Source: Myxococcales bacterium | GTDB lineage: Bacteria > Myxococcota_A > Polyangia > Polyangiales > JAFGIB01 | Assembly: GCA_050118535.1 (NCBI GenBank) | Contig: JASFKR010000006.1 | Location: 689-64,688 of the forward strand | Length of the DNA: 64,000 bases | Direction of reading: 5' to 3' | Part shown: positions 48,960 through 58,781 of the stretch, one piece after another | How positions within the stretch are numbered: position 1 is the stretch's first letter | How the letters are laid out: the number at the start of each line of letters is the position of its first letter | Notes under the pieces: generated by a model | The model's database searches: none | Seen by the model: only the letters and a program-made list of their open reading frames with translations | What the model was told of the DNA's origin: nothing | Made by a program: the position numbers and the translations under genes

Positions 48960-50228
48960 GTGGACAGCATTCGTATCGTCGGTGGCACCCCGCTTCGGGG
49001 CACGGTCCAGGTCAGCGGCGCCAAGAACGCGGCGCTGCCGATCCTGTGTGCAGCCCTGCTCACCGACGGCGAGAGTACCTTCCGCAACGTTCCGGACCTG
49101 CGGGACATCGGCACCACGGCGAAGCTCTTGCGCCAACTGGGCTATGACGTGGACGTGGCTCCCCCCGTGGTGACCGTGCGCGGCCGCGGCGAGTCCTCCA
49201 CCGAGGCGCCCTACGAGCTGGTGCGCCAGATGCGCGCCTCGGTGCTGGTTCTCGGACCCCTGGTGGCGCGCCACGGTCGCGCACGCGTATCGCTTCCCGG
49301 TGGCTGCGCGATCGGCGCGCGTCCCATCGACCAGCACCTCAAGGGGCTCGAGGCCATGGGCGCCACGATCGAGCTCGACCACGGCTACGTGGACGCGCGC
49401 GTGCCCTCCGGGCGGCTGCAGGGCGCCGACATCCGCTTCGACATGGTTACGGTGACCGGCACCGAGAACCTCATGTGCGCGGCGGCCCTGGCGCGTGGGC
49501 GCACCACCCTCGAGAACGCGGCCCGCGAGCCCGAGGTGGAGGAGCTGGCGCGGGTGCTCAACAAGATGGGCGCCAGCGTGGAGGGCGCGGGCACCGACAC
49601 CATCGTGATCGAGGGCAAGTCCGAGCTGCACCCGGTCGATCACGCCATCATCGCCGACCGCATCGAGGCGGGCACCTTCATGGTGGCGGCGGCCGCCACC
49701 GGCGGCGACGTGCTGGTGGACGGGGTGCCGCTCGAGGACTTGACCGCCCTGTGCCGTAAGCTGCGGCAGGCCGGCGTGCACGTGGAGCGCGAGGGCTCGG
49801 GCGTGCGGGTCGCCGGCACGCCGCCCTTCATTCCGACCGACGTGACCACCGCGCCCCATCCGGGCTTCCCCACGGACATGCAGGCACAGTTCATGACGCT
49901 GATGTGCCTGGCGGATGGGCGGAGTGTGATCACCGAGATGATTTTCGAAAACCGCTTCATGCACGTCAGCGAGCTCAACCGCATGGGCGCGCACATCGAG
50001 GTCGACGGCCGGTCGGCCGCCGTGCACGGTCCGGCGCAGCTGCAGGGCGCCAGCGTGATGGCCACCGATCTGCGCGCCAGCGCTTCGCTGGTGATTGCGG
50101 GGCTGGTCGCGGCCGGCGAGACGCACGTGCTGCGCGTCTACCATCTGGACCGGGGCTACGAGCACATCGAGCGCAAGCTCGCAGGGATCGGAGCCCACAT
50201 CGAGCGAGTGAAGAACGATGGCGAGTAG
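48960..50228 (+). CDS. murA: UDP-N-acetylglucosamine 1-carboxyvinyltransferase
   Basis: [33 protein letters not shown] and DRGYE. Confidence 0.98.
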   Translation: MDSIRIVGGTPLRGTVQVSGAKNAALPILCAALLTDGESTFRNVPDLRDIGTTAKLLRQLGYDVDVAPPVVTVRGRGESSTEAPYELVRQMRASVLVLGPLVARHGRARVSLPGGCAIGARPIDQHLKGLEAMGATIELDHGYVDARVPSGRLQGADIRFDMVTVTGTENLMCAAALARGRTTLENAAREPEVEELARVLNKMGASVEGAGTDTIVIEGKSELHPVDHAIIADRIEAGTFMVAAAATGGDVLVDGVPLEDLTALCRKLRQAGVHVEREGSGVRVAGTPPFIPTDVTTAPHPGFPTDMQAQFMTLMCLADGRSVITEMIFENRFMHVSELNRMGAHIEVDGRSAAVHGPAQLQGASVMATDLRASASLVIAGLVAAGETHVLRVYHLDRGYEHIERKLAGIGAHIERVKNDGE

Positions 50229-50925
50229 AGGCAAGAAGGCGTCCGGCCCGGCGAAGCGTGGGCGCAAGCGCGCCGACGAGCGGGACCAGAACGCCGAGTC
50301 GCGCATTGTGATGGCGCTGCCGAAGGGCCGGGTCCTCAAGTCCCTGGCCAAGCGGCTGCAGCGGGCCGGCGTGGACAGCCGCGTGTTGCTGGCCGATGAC
50401 CGCACCCTGATCCGCGACGACCCCAGGAGCGGAATCCGTTTCATCCTGCTCAAGCCCGACGACGTGCCCACCTACGTGGAGTACGGCGCCGCGGATCTGG
50501 GCGTGGTGGGGCGCGATATCCTGATGGAGCGCGAGTACGACCTCTACGCCCCGCTGGACCTGGGCATCGGCCTTTGCCGCATGGCGGTCGCGGGCAAGCC
50601 CGGTCCTCTGCCGACCGGTCGCACGATTCGGGTGGGCACCAAGTTCACTAACATCGCGCGGCGCTATTTCCTGGGGACGGGTCAGCAGGTGGACTTCGTC
50701 TACCTGCAGAGCTCGGTCGAGCTGGCGCCGCTGATGGGGCTGGCGGACCTGATCGTGGACCTGGTCGAGAGCGGCGAGACCCTTCGGCAGAACGGCCTGG
50801 AGGAACGAGAGTTCATCTGCGACATCTCCAGCGTGGTGATCGCCAACCGGGTCGCCCTCAAGCTCAAGCACGAGCCGATCGCCGAGCTGCTCTCCGCCCT
50901 CGAGGCGGGCACCGACGCGCGCTGA
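50218..50925 (+). CDS. hisG: ATP phosphoribosyltransferase, short form
   Basis: [26 protein letters not shown] and [11 protein letters not shown]; no C-terminal regulatory domain. Confidence 0.95.
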   Translation: MASRGKKASGPAKRGRKRADERDQNAESRIVMALPKGRVLKSLAKRLQRAGVDSRVLLADDRTLIRDDPRSGIRFILLKPDDVPTYVEYGAADLGVVGRDILMEREYDLYAPLDLGIGLCRMAVAGKPGPLPTGRTIRVGTKFTNIARRYFLGTGQQVDFVYLQSSVELAPLMGLADLIVDLVESGETLRQNGLEEREFICDISSVVIANRVALKLKHEPIAELLSALEAGTDAR

Positions 50926-50995
50926 GGGCGAGGACCCGCCCGGGGCCGCCCGACGCCCGTGTGCCGGGCGTCGGGCAGCGCGTCGGGCCATGGGC

Positions 50996-51388
50996 TCAGC
51001 GACGGGCGGGGGGCGCCTGCTGCAGGGTCGTCTCGCCCTCGACCGAGAGCATCGGGCGCAGCTTGCGGAAGGTCTTCCGGCCGATGCCGCGCACCCGCAT
51101 GATGCCCTCCACGCGCTTGAAGCGCTCCAGGCGCTGCCGCAACTCCACGATGGCGCGAGCCTTGCTCGGGCCCACCCCGGGCAGGCGCATCAGCTCCACT
51201 TCGCTGGCCGTGTTGATGTTGACGACGCCCGGTGCGCCGTCATCGGTCTGCACGGCACTGGAGGGAGGCCCGGCGCCGTCCGCGGCGGCCTGAGCCCCGG
51301 CCGGTCCGGCGGCCAACAGCCCCAGGCCCAGGGCCAGGGCGGGGGCGAGCAGGATGCGCGGCGGCTTTCGGGAGATGTTTCGGTTCAT
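50996..51388 (-). CDS. comEA: ComEA-like helix-hairpin-helix DNA-binding protein
   Basis: Signal peptide, VNINTAS..EL..LPGVGPSKA..I and VRGIG. Confidence 0.88.
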   Translation of the reverse strand: MNRNISRKPPRILLAPALALGLGLLAAGPAGAQAAADGAGPPSSAVQTDDGAPGVVNINTASEVELMRLPGVGPSKARAIVELRQRLERFKRVEGIMRVRGIGRKTFRKLRPMLSVEGETTLQQAPPARR

Positions 51389-51436
51389 TCTTTCTTCCTT
51401 TCGCGAGGGCTGCTCCGACGCAGCGCCCGCCGGACC

Positions 51437-51452
51437 TGCACGACCGGTGCCG
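51437..51452 (-). promoter_or_regulatory. Putative sigma54 promoter for comEA
   Basis: Minus strand CGGCACCGGTCGTGCA (GG-N10-GC). Confidence 0.4.
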
Positions 51453-51588
51453 GCCCGGCGGCACGGGATTTCGCAGGGTTGCGGGGGCGCTAGCGGTGGA
51501 TCGGCGAAGCGCCGTCGGCGGCCGCCGGCCTTGAGGATCCGCCGGCCCGCGTGGCAGCCTTCCGTCTCGACTTTCCCCCGGGAGGACC

Positions 51589-53079
51589 ATGAAGATCACG
51601 ATCTCGACCGATTCGCCTGTCAGTGCAAACGTGGACCTGCTGGTCGTGGGCGTGGGCCAGAACAAGCCCTCTCAGAACCCGCTCGTGAAGCAGCTCGACC
51701 GGGCGATGAGCGGAGCGCTGCTGCCGCTCATGCGGGACGAGGGCTTCAAGGGTCGCAAGGGGCAGTCCCTGCGCACCCGAAGCCAGGGCCGGCTCAAGGC
51801 CAAGCGCATCATGCTGGTGGGTCTGGGCGAGGGAGAGCTGGACGAGGCCGCAAAGCGCCTGCTCGCGGTTCGCGCCGGTCGCGCCGCCGCGCGCAAGGGC
51901 TCGGTCGCGCTGGTCATGCCCGACGGCGAGCGGCAGAGTTTCGCTACCCTGGCCGAGGGGCTGGTGACCGGGGCATATATCTTCACGCGCTATCTGACGG
52001 GCGATCGCCTGCCGAAGAAGCAGCTCAAGCGCGCGGTGCTACTCGCGGCGGACAAGCCCAGCGCCGAGGACCGGGCCGCCGTCTCGGCCGGGCTCGGCGT
52101 CGGCGAGGCCGTCAACATGGCCCGCGACCTGGTCAACATGCCGGCCAACGATCTCACCGCAACCGATCTGGCCAACCTGGCGGCGGAGCGCTCCAAGGCC
52201 GCCGGGATCGCGTGCACGATTTACGGCAAGAAGGCCATCGAGAAGCTCGGCATGCCGCTGCTGCTGGCGGTCAACCGCGGCAGCACCGAGGAGCCGCGCT
52301 TCATCCACATGACCTACACGCCCAAGACCCAGCCCCAGCGTAAGGTCGTCTTCGTGGGCAAGGGGCTGACCTTCGACTCCGGCGGTCTGTGCATCAAGCC
52401 CGCCCAGGCGATGGAGGGGATGAAGATGGACATGGCGGGCTCGGCCACGACCATCGCCACGGTGCTCGCTGCGGCGCACCTGGAGCTGCCCATCGAGGTG
52501 CATGGCATCGTCGCCTCCACCGACAACATGACCGGTGGCAACGCCTATCGCCCGGGTGACGTCTTCCCGTCGCGCGACGGCAAGACCGTGGAGATCATCA
52601 ACACCGACGCCGAGGGGCGGCTGGTGCTGGCCGACGCCCTGGCCTTCGCCCGCGAGCTCGAGCCGGACTACCTGATCGACCACGCCACCCTCACCGGCGC
52701 CTGCATGGTCGCGCTCGGCGACTATCGGGCCGGCCTGTACGCCAACGACGACGAGCTGCTGTCGACGTACCAGGATGCCGCCACCGACAGCGGCGAGGAC
52801 CTGTGGCACATGCCGCTCGACGAGAACCTGCGCGAGCAGCTCAAGAGCTCGATCGCCGACCTCAAGCACGTGGGTACGCGCATGGGGGGCTCGATCACCG
52901 CGGCGCTGTTTCTCAGCGAGTTCATCGGCGACTGTCGCTGGGCGCACCTGGACATCGCCGGTCCGGCCATGCTGAGCAAGGTCCACGGCATCCACCCCAA
53001 GGGTGGCACGGGCTTCGGCGTGCTGACGGCCGTCAACTTCCTCAAGCGCCTCGCCTCGCCCGAGGCAGCCAGCGAGTAG
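51589..53079 (+). CDS. pepA: Leucyl aminopeptidase (M17)
   Basis: GKGLTFDSGG, MKMDMAG, NTDAEGRL, ATLTGA and HLDIAG. Confidence 0.96.
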   Translation: MKITISTDSPVSANVDLLVVGVGQNKPSQNPLVKQLDRAMSGALLPLMRDEGFKGRKGQSLRTRSQGRLKAKRIMLVGLGEGELDEAAKRLLAVRAGRAAARKGSVALVMPDGERQSFATLAEGLVTGAYIFTRYLTGDRLPKKQLKRAVLLAADKPSAEDRAAVSAGLGVGEAVNMARDLVNMPANDLTATDLANLAAERSKAAGIACTIYGKKAIEKLGMPLLLAVNRGSTEEPRFIHMTYTPKTQPQRKVVFVGKGLTFDSGGLCIKPAQAMEGMKMDMAGSATTIATVLAAAHLELPIEVHGIVASTDNMTGGNAYRPGDVFPSRDGKTVEIINTDAEGRLVLADALAFARELEPDYLIDHATLTGACMVALGDYRAGLYANDDELLSTYQDAATDSGEDLWHMPLDENLREQLKSSIADLKHVGTRMGGSITAALFLSEFIGDCRWAHLDIAGPAMLSKVHGIHPKGGTGFGVLTAVNFLKRLASPEAASE

Positions 53080-53099
53080 CAGGGCTCGGCAGAGTCACG

Positions 53100-53135
53100 A
53101 AAAAGGGGACGGCCCGCGCGGCCGTCCCCTGTTTT
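53100..53135. terminator. Bidirectional intrinsic terminator
   Basis: AGGGGACGGCC-cgcgc-GGCCGTCCCCT stem flanked by A and T tracts, between convergent genes. Confidence 0.85.
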
Positions 53136-53158
53136 CTTAACGCGGCGCCGCGCAGGTC

Positions 53159-54922
53159 TCAGAGCTTGAAGGGGAACTTCACCTTGAAGACGTTCTGCTG
53201 GAACTTCGGGAAGCGCGCCTTGCGCACCGCCCGGGCGATGCAGGAGCCGGCCGGGCCGGTGACGCCACTGACCTGGGCGTTGGTCACGCGCCCGGTCTTG
53301 CCGGCGACGCTCACGTTGACGAAAGCAACCCCGGACTGACCCTTGGCGCAGGCCTGCACGGCCGGGCGCACCTTGTTCATGGCGCTCAGCACCTGGGACT
53401 TGGTCGGCTGCTCTGGCAGGTTCGAGGTGGGCGCGGCGGCCTTGCGCGGCTTGCTGCCGCCCTTGCCAGAAAGGGCGCTGTTGAGCAGATCGTCGATGGA
53501 GCGCGGGCCCGACGGCTTGCTCGGCTCGGGCGAGCTGTCCTTGCTCGCGGTCTTGGCCGGCGTGGAATCCCGGTCGTCGTCGTTGCTCTTGCGGGAGGCG
53601 GTTCGGCTGCCGCCGCTGCTCTTGCGCCGGCGCCTGTGGGCAGAGTCGCGATCGTCGTCGTCCTTTGCGTTCGTTTCCTCTGCCGCCTTCTTCGCGGCGA
53701 GCTCGCCCTCGGAGGGTGGCTCCTCGTCGCCCCCCTCGTCGCCCTGGGGCTCGGCCGCCTGCTCGTCGCCCTGCTCTTCGGCGTTGGCTGCGGCGGCCGC
53801 CGCGGTGGCGGGGGGTGGCGTGGCGGCAACCGGGGCCACCGCCTGGGGGCTGTCGCCTCCGTCCGAACGCAGGATGAAGGCCACGGCCACGCCCGCGATC
53901 GAGAGCATCGCCGCGCCGGCGACCAGGGCCCAGACCAGGGCCTTCTTGTTTCCCTCTCCCTCGTCCGCCGTTGCTGGCGTGAGCATGGGCGAGCCGAGCG
54001 AGCCGAAGGCACCGCCCTGGGAGCCCATCGACAACAGCTCGTCCTTTTCGCCCTCGCCCTCGCCCTCGCTTACACCCGTGGCCGAGGCCAGGGCGCGGAT
54101 GTCGATCAGGCCGGAGCCCTCGCCGCTCGCGTAGCCAGCGCTACCTCCGCCGGCGCCGGCAGTCCCGCCCGTGCTGGGGGCGGCCGCCGGCGGCGTGGAA
54201 ACGCCGCCGGAGCTGGAGCCCGTGGCCAGGGCCTGGAGGTTCTTGAGCGAAAACAGCACGGAGTTTTCGTTGCGAGCGCCAGTCATGGCCTGCTCTTCCG
54301 ACACGCGTGGGCTGGGCGAGGACGCGACTACGCCGGCGCCAGCGGCCGCGGCCTGCTCGTCGAAGGGGCTCCCACCGGCGGCCACCGGCTCGGCACCCGA
54401 CGTCCCGAAGAGGTCCGGCGAGGCGGCGCCAGCATCGCCGAACAGTCCGGCCTCGCTCGGCGCGGGTTCGTCGGCGAACGGGTCGGCGCCCATGGAGGGC
54501 TGCGCGGCCAAGGTCGCGGCGCCGGCCGAGCCGTAGGCCTGCTGTTCGGCGGCCTGCTGACCCTCACCCGTGATCTGGGCGACCAGGTCCTCCACGTCGC
54601 GCATGGGCACCCAGTTGTCGAAGCCCTCCGTCCATACGTAGGCCTCCCAGTCCACCGTGCCCTGCGTCAGCATCTCGCCCAGCTGCGCCGGGGCATATGG
54701 ACCGGCCTGCTCGCCGTCCACGACCACGTGCCAGATGGCGTCGGCACCGTAGTTGTAGGCCTGCCCGGCGTCCGGGGCGTAGGCCTCCGCTGCCGGCTGC
54801 TCGTCGCCTCGCACGATGATCACCTCGCTGCAGCGCTTGCAGCGAATCTTGAACACCTTGCCGGCGACCTTTTCGTCGGCGATCGAGTACTTGGCTCCGC
54901 AGCTCTCACAAACGATCTTCAT
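53159..54922 (-). CDS. GltJ/AgmX-like gliding-motility protein (zinc ribbon + GYF_2 + TM + TonB-C-like)
   Basis: CESCGAKY..CKRC, WHVVVDGEQAGPY..YVWTEGFDNW, RNENSVLFSL, SGLIDIR, TM, C-terminal GSCI..VRKARFP. Confidence 0.8.
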   Translation of the reverse strand: MKIVCESCGAKYSIADEKVAGKVFKIRCKRCSEVIIVRGDEQPAAEAYAPDAGQAYNYGADAIWHVVVDGEQAGPYAPAQLGEMLTQGTVDWEAYVWTEGFDNWVPMRDVEDLVAQITGEGQQAAEQQAYGSAGAATLAAQPSMGADPFADEPAPSEAGLFGDAGAASPDLFGTSGAEPVAAGGSPFDEQAAAAGAGVVASSPSPRVSEEQAMTGARNENSVLFSLKNLQALATGSSSGGVSTPPAAAPSTGGTAGAGGGSAGYASGEGSGLIDIRALASATGVSEGEGEGEKDELLSMGSQGGAFGSLGSPMLTPATADEGEGNKKALVWALVAGAAMLSIAGVAVAFILRSDGGDSPQAVAPVAATPPPATAAAAAANAEEQGDEQAAEPQGDEGGDEEPPSEGELAAKKAAEETNAKDDDDRDSAHRRRRKSSGGSRTASRKSNDDDRDSTPAKTASKDSSPEPSKPSGPRSIDDLLNSALSGKGGSKPRKAAAPTSNLPEQPTKSQVLSAMNKVRPAVQACAKGQSGVAFVNVSVAGKTGRVTNAQVSGVTGPAGSCIARAVRKARFPKFQQNVFKVKFPFKL

Positions 54923-55236
54923 CTGGGTCCTCTGTGGCAGTCCGGGTGGGCTCCGATGGGTCGGGGGTGACCGGCTGCCGGTTGTCGGTGCGTGGCGCGG
55001 CGGGTGGCGCGCAACCCGTCACCCCGCGGGGCAGCGAACCTGGGCATGTGGTCGATGGGCGTCAAACACCGTCTCCGGGGCGTCCCTGCCCCTTGCACAC
55101 TACGACCCCCGGATCGCCGGGACCTTGGGTCGAAGCGGAGAAAACGCACTCTGGTATTTGACCAAGCTCGTCGCGCGCTGTCGACCCCGAATGGGCTTTC
55201 CACATGTGGCTATCCGGCCTACAGGTGTCTCGGCGT

Positions 55237-56670
55237 TCAGTCCACATCGTGCAGGGGGCTTCCGTCCTCGCCGCAGAAGGCGGTGCCGGCGGGGTAGAGG
55301 GTACCGCACCTGGGACAGCGTCGTCGGGCGGAGCTCTCGCCGCCGTCGCGGCTGCGCGTGAACTCCGCGTAGGGCACCAGGGGCGTGCCGTCGTGTCGGC
55401 AGCGACCGGCCGCGGGATAGCCGCGGCGGCAGTTGGGGCAAACGTGCGCGCCCGGCGCCGCCCCCCGGCCTGAGGGGTCCCGCGCCGCGGACCCGTCCTC
55501 GGTGTGCGTGTCAGCGTCACCCGGCGGCGGCAGGTGCAGCGCCGCGTGGGCCCGCCGACGGATCCACACCAGCGCGCCCACGGCCAGTGCGGCCAGCGCG
55601 GCGGCGAACAACGACCAGGTCCACCGCCCGCCCGCGCTCTCCCGGGGCAGCGTTCGTGCCGCGGTACGCGTGGCGGGTCGCGCGGGTTCCCCCTCCGCCG
55701 GCGCACCCCCAGCATCGACCACGCCTCCATCGGTGTTGCCCAGGCCGCCGACGACCAGGTGCCGCGCCATCACGCTCGACAGGTCCGCCGCCCGGACCCT
55801 TGCCTCCGCGCGCGCAGACAGGCGTCCCAGGCGAGCCTGCACCAGGTAGCGGCCCTCGGCTTCGGCGGCGTTGTCCCCGACCTGCAGGCAGCCCCCGGTC
55901 AGCACGGGTCGCGCGGCGGCCGGCCGGCTCTGGAGCGACCACTCGACCTTGCTGCGCGGCACCCGGCAGCCGCGCCCATCCACGACGCGCGTCCGGAAGC
56001 AGATGTGCCCGCCCAGCTCGAGCTCGACGCTGCCGGGGCGCAGCGACAGCTGCGCCGGTTCCCCGGGCTCGCAGCTGGCACGCTTCGGCGCACGGGTGGT
56101 GCGCCCGCGCGAAGGGTCCTCCTCCAGGGGCAGCGGCGACGGGGCCGGCGTCCGCGGCGCGGCGCCGCTGCGCATCAGGGTCTGCACCGTCGTGATGCTC
56201 GCCGTGCAGGTCGAGTCCTTGAGCTTCCAGTTGAAGCGGCTGACGTCCTGGTAGAGCAGGCGCCCGGGCGCCAGGAGCTTGAGGCTGTAGGTGCCGTGCT
56301 CCTCCCGCGGATCGTCGCGGGGCGTGTTGCAGCGGGTCACCCAGGAGTCGTCGGAGCGTCCGCCGGAGGTGCGGCGGATGGACGGGTTCTGGCTCCAGCA
56401 GCGGTCGCTGCGAATCACACGTCCGCCCGAGCGCAGCACAAGTGCCTCGCCGTCTTGCTCGATCGTCACGCGTCCGCCGCCACGCGAGCGGCTCGAGCGT
56501 GGTCTGGGGCCGCAGTCGGGACCCCAGCTCTCGATCGACACCTCCATGGCAGTGGCGCCGGCCTGCCACTGCCCCGAAAGATCGCCAGCGTCCTGCGCTG
56601 CGGCGTTCGCGGCGTTCGCGAGAGCCGCAGTCAGTGCGATGCATGCCGCGCGCTGGGCCCCCGCCGTCAT
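55237..56670 (-). CDS. Single-pass membrane protein with extracytoplasmic Cys-containing beta domains and cytoplasmic double zinc ribbon
   Basis: Signal peptide; TM near C-terminus; CPNC..CRHDG and CPRC..CGEDG. Confidence 0.7.
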   Translation of the reverse strand: MTAGAQRAACIALTAALANAANAAAQDAGDLSGQWQAGATAMEVSIESWGPDCGPRPRSSRSRGGGRVTIEQDGEALVLRSGGRVIRSDRCWSQNPSIRRTSGGRSDDSWVTRCNTPRDDPREEHGTYSLKLLAPGRLLYQDVSRFNWKLKDSTCTASITTVQTLMRSGAAPRTPAPSPLPLEEDPSRGRTTRAPKRASCEPGEPAQLSLRPGSVELELGGHICFRTRVVDGRGCRVPRSKVEWSLQSRPAAARPVLTGGCLQVGDNAAEAEGRYLVQARLGRLSARAEARVRAADLSSVMARHLVVGGLGNTDGGVVDAGGAPAEGEPARPATRTAARTLPRESAGGRWTWSLFAAALAALAVGALVWIRRRAHAALHLPPPGDADTHTEDGSAARDPSGRGAAPGAHVCPNCRRGYPAAGRCRHDGTPLVPYAEFTRSRDGGESSARRRCPRCGTLYPAGTAFCGEDGSPLHDVD

Positions 56671-56719
56671 GGGCCTCCATGGTGTCCCATCGCCCCCGGC
56701 AGGGGAACGCCTTTAACGT

Positions 56720-56747
56720 AAAACGGGCCCCCGTGGTGAGGGGCCCG
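56720..56747 (-). terminator. Intrinsic terminator after etfA
   Basis: CGGGCCCC-N8-GGGGCCCG stem followed by TTTT on the minus strand. Confidence 0.6.
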
Positions 56748-56786
56748 CCTCGCGAGTGCCGGCCGGGCCGGCGCCGAGCTGTGGCT

Positions 56787-57761
56787 TCAGCCCTTGACGG
56801 CCTTCACCTTCTCGGTCATCTCGGGCACGGCCTGGAACAGGTCGGCCACGAGGAAGTAGTCGGCGACCTGGGCGATCGGTGCTTCCTTGTCCTTGTTGAT
56901 GGCGACGATGGTTTTGCTGCCCTTCATGCCTGCCAGGTGCTGGATGGCGCCGCTGATGCCGACGGCGACGTAGAGCTTGGGTGCGACCACCTTGCCCGTC
57001 TGGCCGACCTGCAGGTCGCCCGGGACGTAGCCGGCGTCCACCGCGGCGCGCGAGGCGCCCATGGCGGCGCCCATGGCGTCGACGAGGGGCTCGAGCACCT
57101 TCTCGAAGTTCTCGCCGCTCTTGAGAGCGCGACCGCCGGAAACGACGATCTCGGCCTCGGCCAGGTCCGGGCGCTCGCTCTTCTGGCTCTCGAGCGAGAC
57201 GAACTCGACCTTGTCGGCGACCGGGTCGCTCGACACGCTCGCCTCTTCGATCGAGCTGGCGCCGCCGGCCTCGGCGGCCGCGTCGAACTCGGACTGACGG
57301 GCGGTGACCACGGTCAGCTCCGCGTTCGCGGTGACGTCGCCGAAGACGTTGCCCGCGTACATGGGACGCGAGTAGACGACGCTGCCGCCGTCCACGCGCA
57401 CGCCGCGCACGTCGCTGATGTTGGCCGCGCCCAGGCGGGCCGCCACGCGCGGCATCAGGTCCTTGCCGTAGGTGCTGGCGGTGGCCGCCACGACACCATA
57501 ACCACCGCTCTTGGCCACGTCGGCCACGGTGGGCGTGTAGGCCTCGGCGTAGTAGCCGCCACCGATCTCGGCCTTGAGCACCTTGCGCGCTCCGAACTTG
57601 GCGGCTTCGGCCGAAGCGGCCTCGGCACCCTCGCCGATGGCGAGGATGTCGAACGCGCCGCCGGTGCCCTCGGCGATCTCCTTGGCCAGGGTCACGGCTG
57701 CCAGCGTGTTGCGCCGCAGCGTGCCGTCCATGAGCTCCGCAACAACAAGTACGTCGGTCAT
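56787..57761 (-). CDS. etfA: Electron transfer flavoprotein alpha subunit
   Basis: [16 protein letters not shown] and [19 protein letters not shown]. Confidence 0.97.
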   Translation of the reverse strand: MTDVLVVAELMDGTLRRNTLAAVTLAKEIAEGTGGAFDILAIGEGAEAASAEAAKFGARKVLKAEIGGGYYAEAYTPTVADVAKSGGYGVVAATASTYGKDLMPRVAARLGAANISDVRGVRVDGGSVVYSRPMYAGNVFGDVTANAELTVVTARQSEFDAAAEAGGASSIEEASVSSDPVADKVEFVSLESQKSERPDLAEAEIVVSGGRALKSGENFEKVLEPLVDAMGAAMGASRAAVDAGYVPGDLQVGQTGKVVAPKLYVAVGISGAIQHLAGMKGSKTIVAINKDKEAPIAQVADYFLVADLFQAVPEMTEKVKAVKG

Positions 57762-57795
57762 CGTAGAATCTCCTTCTCTCTCGGCTGGCAGCGGC

Positions 57796-58629
57796 TCAGA
57801 TGGCCTTCACGTCGTTGTGAAGCTTGTTGACGAGGTCCTCGACGGTCTCGACGAACTCGCAGTTGCCGCTGCGCGCGGGCGGCAGCTCGAACTTCGGGTA
57901 GCTCGTGGTGAGGGTGGTGTCGACGCCCAGGTCGCCGAGCGACGTCTGGTCGATCTTCTTCTTCTTGGCCTGCATGATGCCCTTGAGCGAGGCGTAGCGG
58001 GCGCCGTCGTTGTACTTGTGGTCCGCCGGCGTCTCGCCGTTCTTGACCGCGTCGGGGGCGACGATGCGCAGGTCGACGGTGACCACTGCCGGTGCCTGCA
58101 GCTTCAGCGTCAGCACGCCCGTGTCGACCTCGCGGCCCACGGTCAGGCTCTTGCCGCCATCGTCGGTGCTGATCTGCATGGCGAAGGTGGCCATGGGCCA
58201 GCCCAGCATCTCGGCCAGCATCTGGCCCGCGGCATTGCTGTCGCCGTCGACCGCCTGCTTGCCCATGAGCACCACGTCGGGCTGCTCCTTTTCGACCAGC
58301 GCCTTGAGCGCGCGGGCCACGACCATGGAGTCGAGCTCCTTGTCCTCGGCCTGCACCAGGATGCCCCGGTCGGCGCCCATGGCGAGCGTCTGACGCATGG
58401 TCTGCACCACGTCGGCCGGGCCGAAGGAGACGACGACGGTCTCGCCGAGCTTCTCGTTCTTCGGGGCCTTCTCGTTGAGGCGCAGAGCCGCTTCGACGGC
58501 GTACTCGTCGAAGGGGTTGGGCTTCCATTCGAGGCCGTCGGACGTGACCGCCGAGCCGTCGTCCGAAACCTTGACCTTGTTTGCGTTGTCCGGGTCGCAG
58601 ACCCGCTTGACGGGAACCAGGATCTTCAC
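57796..58629 (-). CDS. etfB: Electron transfer flavoprotein beta subunit
   Basis: KILVPVKRV, NPFDEYAVEAA, AMGADR and GKQAVDGD; GTG 58629 with GGAGG RBS. Confidence 0.97.
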   Translation of the reverse strand: MKILVPVKRVCDPDNANKVKVSDDGSAVTSDGLEWKPNPFDEYAVEAALRLNEKAPKNEKLGETVVVSFGPADVVQTMRQTLAMGADRGILVQAEDKELDSMVVARALKALVEKEQPDVVLMGKQAVDGDSNAAGQMLAEMLGWPMATFAMQISTDDGGKSLTVGREVDTGVLTLKLQAPAVVTVDLRIVAPDAVKNGETPADHKYNDGARYASLKGIMQAKKKKIDQTSLGDLGVDTTLTTSYPKFELPPARSGNCEFVETVEDLVNKLHNDVKAI

Positions 58630-58781
58630 TGTGCCTCCAAATACGCTGGATCGCGGCCTGCAAGTAAAACGCAGGGCGTGACGCGGTGTAGGTGCATGCG
58701 CCCCGCCTGTCAAGGGATGGGGGCGCGCTCGCGCGGGGGTCGGGGCGGGGTGCGTCGAGCCGCGCCCGCGGCGCGTATGCG

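Noticed and set aside
48960-50228. Fosfomycin-resistant MurA
   Set aside because: Active-site Cys is retained (PGGCAIG)
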